Source: an uncultured virus (IMG/VR IMGVR_UViG_3300010885_038586)
Lineage: Duplodnaviria; Heunggongvirae; Uroviricota; Caudoviricetes
Strand: one strand, 5' to 3'
DNA length: 64,000 nucleotides
Virus record (IMG/VR): IMGVR_UViG_3300010885_038586
This document shows, one piece after another, positions 46,609 to 56,154 of the stretch; positions within the stretch are counted from its first letter, which is position 1, and each line of letters begins with the position of its first letter. A program made the translations under genes and the position numbers. The notes below the pieces were generated by a model that did not search any database, was not told the origin of the DNA, and worked only from the letters and a program-made list of their open reading frames with translations.

Positions 46609-47211
46609 CTAGGGGGAGGTTACATCTGTGACTACCGTTATGGATTGGCACTCATTTCCGCAGTCCAAGTAACTAAACGTTGTCTTGGTTACTGTAACTC
46701 CTGCGGGCGGGCCGGGGGGTCCAGGCCCGCCCGGACTGCCATCGGGGCCGGGGCTGCCTGGACTTCCGGGTGGGCCTGGAACAGTTGACGGGTCTCCTGG
46801 CGGCCCAGGCGATCCGGTTCCTGGCGGGCCGGGAGGTCCAGGCCCGCCCGGACTGCCATCGGGGCCGGGGCTGCCCGGACTGCCATCGGGGCCGGGGCTG
46901 CCTGGACTTCCGGGTGGGCCTGGACTTCCGTCCGTGCCGGGCGTTCCATCAGTGCCGGGCGTTCCATCAGTGCCGTCGGTGCCGTCGGTGCCCGGCGTCC
47001 CATCCTTGCCGTTGGTGCCTGGACTTCCTGGCTCGCCTTTTGGAACAGAAGTGCCCATCTGCGTTGACTTCACCCTCGGCGGTGGAGACGTATGATACCC
47101 CACATTACCCGAGCGGGATTGATCCACCTGCACGCCACCATAGCCCTGCGGAACGGCTTTCCGCTGGAACATGCTGTCGGGGTGGAAATCTCCTGCGGCG
47201 GTGCGGATCAT
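46609..47211 (-). CDS. Collagen-like protein
   Basis: Long Gly-X-Y run (GTP/GSP/GPP). Confidence 0.9.
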   Translation of the reverse strand: MIRTAAGDFHPDSMFQRKAVPQGYGGVQVDQSRSGNVGYHTSPPPRVKSTQMGTSVPKGEPGSPGTNGKDGTPGTDGTDGTDGTPGTDGTPGTDGSPGPPGSPGSPGPDGSPGSPGPDGSPGGPGPPGPPGTGSPGPPGDPSTVPGPPGSPGSPGPDGSPGGPGPPGPPAGVTVTKTTFSYLDCGNECQSITVVTDVTSP

Positions 47212-48062
47212 GTGTAAACGTCGGGTGGGCGGACAGGTGGAAAATAGGTGACGCGCTCACGCAGCCAAAACCCATCGGTCGGTTGCACGGCGTCGTCGTA
47301 GATAAAGGGTGCCCAGTCGGTGAAGTTCGTCTGCGGAATGAACTTCCGCTGGAGGTTGCGAGCGGTAGGTGATGCAAGAACGCCGACGCCGGGAACGACG
47401 TGAGCACCTGGCACCTTCTCAGGGATCACGATGTCAGGGTGGAGGCATTCTTGGAAGTCAAACTCCAACCCCACCCAGCTTGCATGTACTCCGGTTGGAA
47501 TGGGCTGCCGGTGGATCACATCAGCTTTGGCCCATGACGTAGGAGACAGGAGCTGCTCAATCATCACCACCGTGCTTACAGACACCGCAGGTCGGAAAGT
47601 GTAGCGCGGGAAGTAGCTGGGCTGCGTCTGGGTGCTGGTGCCGTCGAACACGGCCTGCTTAAAATCATGGGTTTGTACCACGTACAGATCCTCCAGCACC
47701 GCAGGCCAGGTGAATCGCTGCGTCGTGAAGTAGGTGCGGAACTTGGTAGCTTGGTCGGTCAGTGCCTTGTTCTTGCCGTACTTGAACCACAGAAACTCGC
47801 CATCCTTGCCAAAGTTGAGCAGCACGTAGTCTTTAAAACCCTGAAGCTGGATACGCGGCTTCACCGACAAGAAAGAGCTATCTTGGTAGGACGTGCCAAT
47901 CTCAGGCACTTCCGTTGGGTTGAACGTCGCCGCTGTCTCCTTCACCACGACTGCCATCTCACGCGGGTTGGGTGTCGGCACCAAACTGAAATACTTCCCC
48001 TCGTCCGGTTTGGCCGTGATGTTCCTGGCTTTAGGAGGGCTCGCTGGCTTGAACGAAGACAT
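47208..48062 (-). CDS. Hypothetical structural protein
   Basis: 284-aa beta-rich ORF coupled within the late operon. Confidence 0.7.
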   Translation of the reverse strand: MSSFKPASPPKARNITAKPDEGKYFSLVPTPNPREMAVVVKETAATFNPTEVPEIGTSYQDSSFLSVKPRIQLQGFKDYVLLNFGKDGEFLWFKYGKNKALTDQATKFRTYFTTQRFTWPAVLEDLYVVQTHDFKQAVFDGTSTQTQPSYFPRYTFRPAVSVSTVVMIEQLLSPTSWAKADVIHRQPIPTGVHASWVGLEFDFQECLHPDIVIPEKVPGAHVVPGVGVLASPTARNLQRKFIPQTNFTDWAPFIYDDAVQPTDGFWLRERVTYFPPVRPPDVYT

Positions 48063-48511
48063 CAGGGCGTCGGGTCAGTGTTTGGCGCGGTGTTGGAGAT
48101 GATGTCGCCCCGGCGAAACTCGGCGTAGGCGTGGGTGGGGTTCCCTACCACTGTGGCAAAGGTGAACTTCCAGAAAGTGTAAGTCTGCACCGCTTGACGT
48201 GGGGGAGTATGGGACACGTCATCGGCTTCCACAATGCCCATGGTGCCCGTCAAATAGGGGGGCACGGTGCCTGTGTGAAAGGATGGGCTGGTGAAGGTGA
48301 TGCCCGTGTTGGTTATTGCAATGGCATTACCAAGAACATCGTTGTAGCCCAACGTTGCTGGCGTGACGACGGGGATGTCGCGGTACGGTTCACCCATGCC
48401 CTCCATGGCTCCGGCAACTCCATGCAAAGGAGTCAGTTCAGGGTCGGCCACGACCCCAGTGTAACGGGCATAGGTGCCATCGAGACGAACGAGATACAGG
48501 TTCATGGCCAT
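48062..48511 (-). CDS. Hypothetical structural protein
   Basis: TGATG overlap; start uncertain. Confidence 0.65.
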   Translation of the reverse strand: MAMNLYLVRLDGTYARYTGVVADPELTPLHGVAGAMEGMGEPYRDIPVVTPATLGYNDVLGNAIAITNTGITFTSPSFHTGTVPPYLTGTMGIVEADDVSHTPPRQAVQTYTFWKFTFATVVGNPTHAYAEFRRGDIISNTAPNTDPTP

Positions 48512-48516
48512 GACGA

Positions 48517-50397
48517 TCAGGGGTAGAAGTTCCAAGCTGTGGGTGATTTAATGTACGCTCTCGCACTAGGAAGGTCAACGGGAACTGTGGGGAAGCGGGT
48601 GGGCGGTCCAGACGCGGCAGCCCGTGCATTCCAGTCCCAACGTTGCTGCGCTCCGGCCTGTGTGATCGGCGTGGTGCCGTCAGCGAAAGTGCCGATGTGC
48701 TGGGTGCCATCCGCGTAGCTGACGCGGGCGTTCGGATTCACGCGCCAGTCACCGTCTGCCGGGCCGTTGTTCTGTCCTAGCGCGACTCCGAGCCAGAAAG
48801 CGTACTGGTTGCCCGAGGTCTGATCTGCCCGCAGCAGATAGACGCTGTGTGCGTCCTGTCCGCTAGCTGCCTGCCACCCGGCCAAAGTGTAAATGTTGGT
48901 GCCGTGCCACTGGAATGAAACCAGCGTGGTCGTATCACCGGGGATGCCTGCGACGTACACGTTGTAGTCCCCGGCGTAGGTGGCACCGACCGGCACCTGC
49001 GCGTGTAGGTAGCCGTAGAAGAACACCGACTTGTTCACGCTTAGAACGGCACTGGCGGAATTGTTGTTGAACCAGACGGTAGGGTTGCCCGTGCTCAAAC
49101 TGGTGTTACAGAACATCGAGCACTGCAAAAGTGTCGAAGTGGCCGCCGCTGCTTGGAGCACCGCGTTGTACGTGACCGACTGCTGCTTGAGAATGCAGCA
49201 ATTGGTCATGGAGGTGTTGCCGTAGTTGGACAGCCCTGCCGGGGTGTGGTTGGCGAGGATGTCCGAGATCACCATTGACAGCGACCCTAGCGCCACCGGG
49301 GGGCCGAGCACTCCGCGATAGAGTGAGCCAGTATTATTTGTCCATGATCCAGTGAAGTATCCGGTGTTAATAACCCAAATCTGCTCCGCCGTAGTGCTGG
49401 CAAAATTGTTCGCACCGATACCATGTGCGTCCGAATCCACTCCTGGACAAACCCCGGCGACTCCGCAGCGTTTGACTACCCACGTTTTCCCCCTGGCATC
49501 GTCTAGGTATGCAACACTGGTCGTGTTGCTCGGTTCGGCTGCTGTGGTCGTATCGGCCAAGTAGGCGAAGCAATCAAAGGCCGAGCCATCGCCCATGCCC
49601 CAGTTGTGCTTGCTACCGTTGGAGGCAATGTTGCAAGACAGGGTGCCCCCAGTTCGTGAGACGAGATCCACGCTGCCGTTGTTGTCGAGGGCGCTGTCTG
49701 TCTCTACTCCCGAGATGGAGCAATTGACTGGTCCCTGGACCACGATGGTCCTGACCGTGACCTCATAGGTCTTGCCATTGGAGTTCGGATTGCCATTGTC
49801 TGACGGGTGGATGCGACAAGGCCATGGGGTGCCATCGCTGCCCACTTGAATGACGAAAGACCCGGCTGTGCTGTCACAGGTTGCCTGGTCCAACACGCGG
49901 ACCATCTCCACACCGTTCTCGAACACACGCATGCGGCTCGTTTGGCTTGAGTCGTGGGCAACACTCGCCGTCCAAACGTTCGTCGTGCCGCCCACCAAAG
50001 ACCACCCCGTCACCACGTTCAACCCGCTGATGCGCGGAGGGTCGCCTGAGCCATAGGGCAGCACGGATGGCGCTGTCAGGTTGGAAAGGTTCAGCGACTC
50101 GCGCCAGAAGCTGCCGCACTTCAAACCAATGAACTCGTTGGCACCGGCGATAGCCACAGCAGCCGTCAATGTCTGTTTCGGTGCTGAGATAGAGCGCCCT
50201 GAGTTTGTGTCACTGCCGCCAACGGAGTCCACCCAGAGGGTGATCGGGCTTGGCGTAGGAGGCGTCACACCTCCCGCAGCAGTTGCCACGAGGATCTGCT
50301 GGAGCAAAAACACTTCCGTCTCACCGAAAGCAGAAGCGCCAAGCGCCTGCATGGTCTTGGCGTTCTGCGCGTATCCGGTGATGTCGGTGGTCAACAT
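48517..50397 (-). CDS. Spike/fibre protein with probable beta-helix
   Basis: WVDSVGGSDTNSG.S...PKQTL...L..GS.WRE, the typical start of pectin-lyase-like domains. Confidence 0.8.
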   Translation of the reverse strand: MLTTDITGYAQNAKTMQALGASAFGETEVFLLQQILVATAAGGVTPPTPSPITLWVDSVGGSDTNSGRSISAPKQTLTAAVAIAGANEFIGLKCGSFWRESLNLSNLTAPSVLPYGSGDPPRISGLNVVTGWSLVGGTTNVWTASVAHDSSQTSRMRVFENGVEMVRVLDQATCDSTAGSFVIQVGSDGTPWPCRIHPSDNGNPNSNGKTYEVTVRTIVVQGPVNCSISGVETDSALDNNGSVDLVSRTGGTLSCNIASNGSKHNWGMGDGSAFDCFAYLADTTTAAEPSNTTSVAYLDDARGKTWVVKRCGVAGVCPGVDSDAHGIGANNFASTTAEQIWVINTGYFTGSWTNNTGSLYRGVLGPPVALGSLSMVISDILANHTPAGLSNYGNTSMTNCCILKQQSVTYNAVLQAAAATSTLLQCSMFCNTSLSTGNPTVWFNNNSASAVLSVNKSVFFYGYLHAQVPVGATYAGDYNVYVAGIPGDTTTLVSFQWHGTNIYTLAGWQAASGQDAHSVYLLRADQTSGNQYAFWLGVALGQNNGPADGDWRVNPNARVSYADGTQHIGTFADGTTPITQAGAQQRWDWNARAAASGPPTRFPTVPVDLPSARAYIKSPTAWNFYP

Positions 50398-50922
50398 TTA
50401 CGGAGTGACAGAGGCGAGAGGGTTTTTCGGAAGAACGTAGGCATGGCCGGTGAGTCCGATGTACTGCTGCTGTGCGGCAGTAACAACAGAAGCCAGACCC
50501 AGAAGTTCGGATTGTCGCACAACTTCTTTGCCAGTGTTACTGTTCACGCCCTGCGCATTCAGCGCAGCGATCTGCGCTTGAGCCTTGAGGATGATCTGCT
50601 CGATAATCTTGGCCTCTGCCGCTGTAGCGAGCTGTTTCCCCAGCGTTTCCGCTGTCGCGATAGAAGCCTGCCCGATAGGTGAGGCAATGAAGGCGGTCAG
50701 GCCAGCGCAGGACGTAAGCGACAGCATGCACAGACACCCAACGAGAGTCTTCGCCGTGCCGGTGACTCCTGCATCTTTGGCGACATATCCAAGTGCCGCG
50801 ATGACCGCAGGAATCAGCCAGAGCTTCCAATCGTTCAGATTGCCACCGTTGGTTTGAAAAGTTTGGATGAAGGTCAGAGCCGCAAAAACGGCTCCAGCAA
50901 TAGTAGTCTTATAGTTTTTCAT
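50398..50922 (-). CDS. Holin-like membrane protein with internal lipobox
   Basis: MKNYKTT.AG plus two TM segments, AKD motif, LSLTSCA lipobox. Confidence 0.6.
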   Translation of the reverse strand: MKNYKTTIAGAVFAALTFIQTFQTNGGNLNDWKLWLIPAVIAALGYVAKDAGVTGTAKTLVGCLCMLSLTSCAGLTAFIASPIGQASIATAETLGKQLATAAEAKIIEQIILKAQAQIAALNAQGVNSNTGKEVVRQSELLGLASVVTAAQQQYIGLTGHAYVLPKNPLASVTP

Positions 50923-50950
50923 GCTAGTTGTTGTGGGTTGGAGAAAAGGA

Positions 50951-51565
50951 TCAATCGTTGATTACCGACATCAGGTGATACCACCCGAGGACGTTGTTAT
51001 CGCGGTCGTACAAAATCTCGGCACGGTCGAAGACTTTGGCCTCCTGCCCGTTGCGGTCAACCAGTCGGAACTTGTGTACAAAATTGCGTTTGTCCGCAAC
51101 GCACTGCCGCCACAGGCGCTCCACTCTCTCGGCATCTTCAGTATGCACCAAGGTCAGCCAGCCGGACCCGCTGAGTTCCTCCTGCTGGCACCCCAGCAGG
51201 CGCACCGAAAAGTCGTTGGCAAAACTGCACAGACCCAAAGCGTCACACTGAAGCACCGGACGTTCCACGAACGACCACGAAACCTGGGACACGATGACAG
51301 CAAACTCGGCTCTGCGACTCACTCTGTGGATTTCGTCGAGCAGCGCACGAATAGCCAGGTTCTGCTCTTGGATGAGGTGGGGGGCGCGAACGAAGTTCCA
51401 CAGCCACTTCCACATTGCTCCAAGGCTGTGCCTCCATACCCACGAAGCGACTAATCCCGCACTACCCGCCAAAGCGATCCATGCGTTCCACTCGCCGGGG
51501 TCGATGTTCTGCGAGTGAGCGCGGATCGGACTGGAAGCCTCGGCGAGTGAAAGTGCGGGCATCAT
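50951..51565 (-). CDS. Membrane-anchored PAS domain protein
   Basis: TM helix followed by D..G...FAN....LLG...EEL.G.GW...VH.ED...W....F...FR....G. Confidence 0.85.
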   Translation of the reverse strand: MMPALSLAEASSPIRAHSQNIDPGEWNAWIALAGSAGLVASWVWRHSLGAMWKWLWNFVRAPHLIQEQNLAIRALLDEIHRVSRRAEFAVIVSQVSWSFVERPVLQCDALGLCSFANDFSVRLLGCQQEELSGSGWLTLVHTEDAERVERLWRQCVADKRNFVHKFRLVDRNGQEAKVFDRAEILYDRDNNVLGWYHLMSVIND

Positions 51566-51780
51566 GCGGTGGTGTCGGCGGGGATTTCAGCAAGTTCGGC
51601 CTCGAAGGCTTCTTTGGCGGCGATGAGGCCACCGAGGGTTTCAGTCGTTTGGTCGAGCAGACCTTTGGTGGCTGCACCCCCCGCTGCCCAGCCTTTTTGG
51701 AGGATGGTCTGCTTGAAGATGGGTTCTTCCAAACTGGTGATCTGCTCTTGGATGAATGCGCGTTTTTGAGTGTTGTCCAT
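51562..51780 (-). CDS. Hypothetical protein
   Basis: ATGA-coupled to the PAS gene. Confidence 0.65.
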   Translation of the reverse strand: MDNTQKRAFIQEQITSLEEPIFKQTILQKGWAAGGAATKGLLDQTTETLGGLIAAKEAFEAELAEIPADTTA

Positions 51781-51820
51781 AGGGGCGAAAATATGCTGTC
51801 TTGATCAAGGTTGCAATCTT

Positions 51821-53023
51821 TTATGCGATGGTGATCCCACGGAAGGCTCGGACGAACCAACCAACTGTGGTGGCAAATTGGAGCGTCACGTTGTCACCAA
51901 CGCTGGTGAAAGTAATCGTGGTGAAACCCGACTTCGTGGTGGGCGTGAGGATGCCAGTGCCACCAGCAACCACATGCACAATGATTTTGATTTGCCCATC
52001 GGTCCCGTCTGCGAGAGTCAGAGCCTGAGCGGCACCAGTAGAGGTGAACTTGGTGACTGTGGTGGATAGGTTCACCGCGCCAGCGCCAGAAAGTGCCTGG
52101 GGGTTGGTGATAGCCATCGGGCCATTGATGCCGAGAGCATTCCAATAGAATCCGTTAGCACCACCAACCACTGCTTGTCCTCCGAACACCGTACTCAGAT
52201 TTGGATCATACATGATGTTACATCCGATGATCCCGCCCACTGAAACAAGAGCACCGTCATTTCTGACATACGCCTTCTCCACGCCCGAAACCTGCCAGGA
52301 CATGGACTTACCCGAGGCAGAGGGCAGGTTCACTGTCTGCTGTGCCGTGAACACATTGGCCGTGCCAAGGAGTGCCGCCGTGCCCGTGGCTGGGGCGGTG
52401 AGAGTGAACCCGCCAAGCGCGAGGGTGCCACCTCCTGTGATGGTGGTGTTGTTGCCAACTGAGATGGTGCCTGAGTTGGCTACACCTGTGCCGCCGTTAT
52501 TGGCAGCCACGATGCCTCCAAGGCTGGTTGCGGCGTACCCCGAGCAGTTACCCAGATTACCTCCTGATGGTGTGCCGAGTGCTCCATTGTAGAGGACCGG
52601 CGAGCCAGCAGAGCCAATGTTGTTCCCAAGGGCGGACAAAATACCGGTACCGGTAGTAACTGTGCCAGGAGCAGCCCCAGCACCTCCACCGACCACAAGA
52701 GCGTTCGCAGCAAGTGCCGCAGAGGAAGCCCACGTTCCGGCAGAACTGAAATAAGGGATGCCCCCACTGGTGCCTGCCACCGTCAGCGCAAGTGTGCCCG
52801 ACGTGGTGATGGGCGAACCTGCGACAGAGATTACCCCACCGGTGAAGGACAAGCCTACACTGGTGACAGTGCCTGATCCGCCCCCGCCACCGCTGGTGCG
52901 GTTGGCCAGAGCCACAAGGATCTGCCGGTAAAGGTCATTCCGGTTATCGGCAATCACGTCCGCACCGATCAGGGTGCGGGCAGTATTGGCCTGAGCTAGA
53001 CCATAGAGGTTGGTGGCGTTCAT
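51821..53023 (-). CDS. Gly/Thr-rich fibre protein (head or tail fibre)
   Basis: GGGSGTVTSVGL...GSPITTSGTL, NGGTG motifs; LTLADG..GQ.K C-domain. Confidence 0.8.
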   Translation of the reverse strand: MNATNLYGLAQANTARTLIGADVIADNRNDLYRQILVALANRTSGGGGGSGTVTSVGLSFTGGVISVAGSPITTSGTLALTVAGTSGGIPYFSSAGTWASSAALAANALVVGGGAGAAPGTVTTGTGILSALGNNIGSAGSPVLYNGALGTPSGGNLGNCSGYAATSLGGIVAANNGGTGVANSGTISVGNNTTITGGGTLALGGFTLTAPATGTAALLGTANVFTAQQTVNLPSASGKSMSWQVSGVEKAYVRNDGALVSVGGIIGCNIMYDPNLSTVFGGQAVVGGANGFYWNALGINGPMAITNPQALSGAGAVNLSTTVTKFTSTGAAQALTLADGTDGQIKIIVHVVAGGTGILTPTTKSGFTTITFTSVGDNVTLQFATTVGWFVRAFRGITIA

Positions 53024-53151
53024 GCGTTGGCGACGGCGATAAGGATTTGCTGGAGAAGAAAGACCTCGGTGTCACCAAACACTTCCGCACCAAGGACTTG
53101 CAAAGTCTTGGCGTCTTGGGAAGACCCCGTGATGTTGGTGACAGCAGCCAT
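53020..53151 (-). CDS. 43-aa protein homologous to the fibre N-termini
   Basis: MAAVTNITGSSQDAKTLQVLGAEVFGDTEVFLLQQILIAVANA; TAATG and ATGA overlaps with both neighbours. Confidence 0.85.
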   Translation of the reverse strand: MAAVTNITGSSQDAKTLQVLGAEVFGDTEVFLLQQILIAVANA

Positions 53152-53396
53152 TAGGATTCGTCCATCGGGGGTTCGCCACGACCCATGGCGCGGGCCAGAC
53201 CTTCTTCGTCCAACTCGGTTTCAGCCTCTTCTTCGGCGGGGGATTCTTCCATCTCCACGGGCCTGCCGTCGATGGCTTCCACTTCGAGGCCGTTGGGGGT
53301 GAGGTGGACGGTGGCCTGCACGTCGAAGGTTTCACCCTCCTTGTGAGCAGCCATGTCGAAGCCTTTCGGCAGGGGGATCATGATCATCTTTTCCAT
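53151..53396 (-). CDS. Small acidic capsid-associated protein
   Basis: Follows the MCP gene; shares TELDEEGL with the scaffold C-terminus. Confidence 0.75.
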   Translation of the reverse strand: MEKMIMIPLPKGFDMAAHKEGETFDVQATVHLTPNGLEVEAIDGRPVEMEESPAEEEAETELDEEGLARAMGRGEPPMDES

Positions 53397-53418
53397 AAGG
53401 GTGTGGGAATGAGTGGTT

Positions 53419-53456
53419 AAAGAAAGGCGGGAACCTGCGTATTGCAAGTCCCCGCC
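53419..53456 (-). terminator. Terminator after the major capsid gene
   Basis: GGCGGG...CCCGCC stem plus TTTCTTT on -. Confidence 0.7.
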
Positions 53457-53484
53457 CTAACTTTTGCCGTGCTCGGCCTTCAGA

Positions 53485-54663
53485 TTAGTAGGCAGGGCAC
53501 TGGGTGCGTGACACGTTCGGGCAGCGCAGGAAGCGAACCACGTAACCGTATTGCACCTTGCGGGGCTTGTAGGCGGCGTAGAGGCGAGCGGCGAAGAAGC
53601 CGATGTCTCCGTAGGGGTTGTCGCTCTTGTTCTGGATGTTGAGCCAGACCACGTCACCGTTGAAGCTCACTGCCTTGGCGCTGGAGCCTGAGCCAAAGCT
53701 GGTGGTGGGTTTCGGCACCTGGCGAGTCATCACGTCGGGGCTGAAGATGTAGAGGTCTTCAAACTGCGCGGCGAGGTAGTCGGGGTTGATGTCCGCTTCG
53801 TTGCCGATGGTGGTAGCCACGTTGGCATAGAAAGGGCGGTTGACCCAAGCGCCGTTGACGAAGTCCCAGCGAGGCATACGCTGGTCGATGATGTGGTGGT
53901 AGCCACCGTATTCGCGGTCGATGCCCCAGGACTGGAGCAGGACAGCACCATCGGACTTGCCGGAGTCAGCCCAGCGGAAGTCGTTGCGGATGCTGTCATC
54001 GCCTTTGATGATGGTGCGGTGAGCCTCTTGAGAGAGGATCAGCGGCAGGATCGGGGCACCCTGACGCTTGGCGTAGGCGGACTCTTGACCGGCACCATCT
54101 TGCGTGGCGCGGTTGTAGAGTGTGTCGAGCAGTCCCTGATTGATGGTGCTGGTCGCCACCGTGGCGGGCATCGTGGTGCCGTTGGTCGCCTCGGTGAGCG
54201 AGGCGTTGAACACGATCTTGTGACCGGCCCACTGGGTGAACAGGGCTTTGTCCTGCAAGTCCCAAAGGTCTTTGATGTTAGCCACGAAGTTGTCGCGGTC
54301 AGTCTTCAACTGGTCGCGGGCGTCGTAGGCGGCAGCCAGATCGCGGAAGCAGATGTCCTCCGAATACACGGAAGTCTGGAAAGCCGAGTAGCTGATCTGC
54401 GTGCGGGCAGGGCTGACGATGGTGGGTGTAGGAACGCAGTTGTTGCCGGTGCCATCAGGCGTGCTGACGGGCACCCAACCACCACCGACGCCGGTGGAAC
54501 GCTTGGTGATCACCGTGGAGAAGTTGAAGCCCATGCCGTCGGGCAGGACATCCTTCTTAACGAGTGCGGAGATGCGGCCTTCAGTGCGAAGGATTTGGTC
54601 GATCTTGCCCTGGATACGGGTAGCGTCGGACGCGAAGTATTGATTGAGAGTTGGAGCAGCCAT
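53485..54663 (-). CDS. Major capsid protein
   Basis: 392 aa; follows portal and scaffold; own promoter and terminator; strong codon bias. Confidence 0.8.
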   Translation of the reverse strand: MAAPTLNQYFASDATRIQGKIDQILRTEGRISALVKKDVLPDGMGFNFSTVITKRSTGVGGGWVPVSTPDGTGNNCVPTPTIVSPARTQISYSAFQTSVYSEDICFRDLAAAYDARDQLKTDRDNFVANIKDLWDLQDKALFTQWAGHKIVFNASLTEATNGTTMPATVATSTINQGLLDTLYNRATQDGAGQESAYAKRQGAPILPLILSQEAHRTIIKGDDSIRNDFRWADSGKSDGAVLLQSWGIDREYGGYHHIIDQRMPRWDFVNGAWVNRPFYANVATTIGNEADINPDYLAAQFEDLYIFSPDVMTRQVPKPTTSFGSGSSAKAVSFNGDVVWLNIQNKSDNPYGDIGFFAARLYAAYKPRKVQYGYVVRFLRCPNVSRTQCPAY

Positions 54664-54839
54664 GGTCGTAGAAAAGTTGAGGGGTGGTTTGCCTGCTCAA
54701 CGACCGGTGGATTCGTCCCCGATGACGCGAAGCAAGCGAGTTGCTTTGTGTCAGGGGAGGTGGCCTGGCGTAGTTTACGCTCCGATTCTAACCGTGATGT
54801 CCGTGAAGGGCGGACGCTTTTTACTCTTCAATAAGGAGT

Positions 54840-54867
54840 ATGATATATACTCTCTATAACGTGTCAA
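54840..54867 (-). promoter_or_regulatory. Promoter upstream of the capsid gene
   Basis: TTGACA-16-TATCAT on -. Confidence 0.6.
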
Positions 54868-54869
54868 AC

Positions 54870-54907
54870 AAAAAAAAATCGCTGGAGCTTGTGGGCAACC
54901 AGCGATT
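54870..54907 (-). terminator. Terminator after the scaffold gene
   Basis: AATCGCTGG...CCAGCGATT plus T-run on -. Confidence 0.8.
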
Positions 54908-54926
54908 CAGGGCATAGGGCGAAAGT

Positions 54927-56141
54927 TTACCGACCTTTCATGCCGCGCAGAGCTTCGTTCAGCCCCTCTTCGTCCAGTTCCGTGTCGTCGGCACTGGCAG
55001 GCTTGCCGATTGGCGCGGTGCTGGGGGTGACGCTGGCACGAGTGCCTAGCAGCGCCAGCTTGGCTTTCTTCTCGGCGGCAGCTTCGTCGCGAGCAGCCAA
55101 GAACTTCTCCCACACTTTAGGCAGGATGGCTGCGGCCTGTGTCTCGTAGGCGCGGTCGGCTGGATCGGTACTTGGTCGGGCGGCTTTCACCTCCTTGGCA
55201 AACTCCTCGTCGCCGAACAGCGAAGACATCTTCTCCGCCAACTGCCCATAGACGTGATCGTGGTGCTTGGCGTACTCCGCCTCGGCGGCTTGGGCGGCGG
55301 CGGCTTTCTGCTGCTCGGTCTGATGACTCAGGCTGGCGAGGGTTTCCTGCGCATTGCGTTTCAGTTCTGTTGCCTTCGCGTAGATCGGATGCAGCTTGGC
55401 TGCCTCTTGCACGGCAGCATTGACAAGGTGCGCAGGCACAGGCGTCTCGGCGGCGTCGAACAGCGCAGTGATGGCATCGAGACGGTCGAACTCGTCCTCG
55501 ATGTCGGTGGCCTCTTCGAGTTTGGTCGGGTCCACCTTCGCACGCTCTGCGATCTTGGACAGGGTGGCCAGTGAGCGTTGCACCGGAGCAGTGACCACGT
55601 TCTTCCACTCGTCGGACTTCTGTAACTCCTGCGCCTTCTCCCACGCCTCAAGACGTTTGAGCTTCTCCACCGTTTCGGGGCGATCCTTGGGGTTAGCGGT
55701 AGCAGCTTGCAGCTTGCGCTCCAGTTCCTCGGCTTTGAGCAGTGCGGTCTTGGCCTGCTCCTCGGCACGTTTCTTGACCTGGCGCATCGCGACGAAGGCG
55801 TCCTGCTGTTCCTTCTTCCACTTGGTGATGTCCACCTCGGGTTCAGCGAGGGCGGCGTCCGGCTTCTTGTCACCGTCCTTTTTCTCCTCGGGTTTCTTTT
55901 CACCGGCGAGAGCAGCCAAGCCTTTTTTCTTTTCGGCAGGCGCGGTGCCTTCGTCGGGTTTCTTTTCCTCCGCTGCGGAGGTAGCAGGTTCTGCCGGTTT
56001 CGGCGACTCAACGGCGGGCGTGGGCAGCGGGGCAGCCTCGCTGACGGGTTGGCCGATGGTAGGCGCATCGGCGGCGATGGCGGCGGAGAGAGCGCCCATG
56101 TCAAGATCGACATCGGCGGGGGCGGGGTTGTTAGGGTCCAT
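54927..56141 (-). CDS. Capsid scaffolding protein
   Basis: Acidic/Pro-rich N-terminus, coiled coil, lies between portal and MCP. Confidence 0.75.
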   Translation of the reverse strand: MDPNNPAPADVDLDMGALSAAIAADAPTIGQPVSEAAPLPTPAVESPKPAEPATSAAEEKKPDEGTAPAEKKKGLAALAGEKKPEEKKDGDKKPDAALAEPEVDITKWKKEQQDAFVAMRQVKKRAEEQAKTALLKAEELERKLQAATANPKDRPETVEKLKRLEAWEKAQELQKSDEWKNVVTAPVQRSLATLSKIAERAKVDPTKLEEATDIEDEFDRLDAITALFDAAETPVPAHLVNAAVQEAAKLHPIYAKATELKRNAQETLASLSHQTEQQKAAAAQAAEAEYAKHHDHVYGQLAEKMSSLFGDEEFAKEVKAARPSTDPADRAYETQAAAILPKVWEKFLAARDEAAAEKKAKLALLGTRASVTPSTAPIGKPASADDTELDEEGLNEALRGMKGR

Positions 56142-56154
56142 AAAGATTCAAGCC

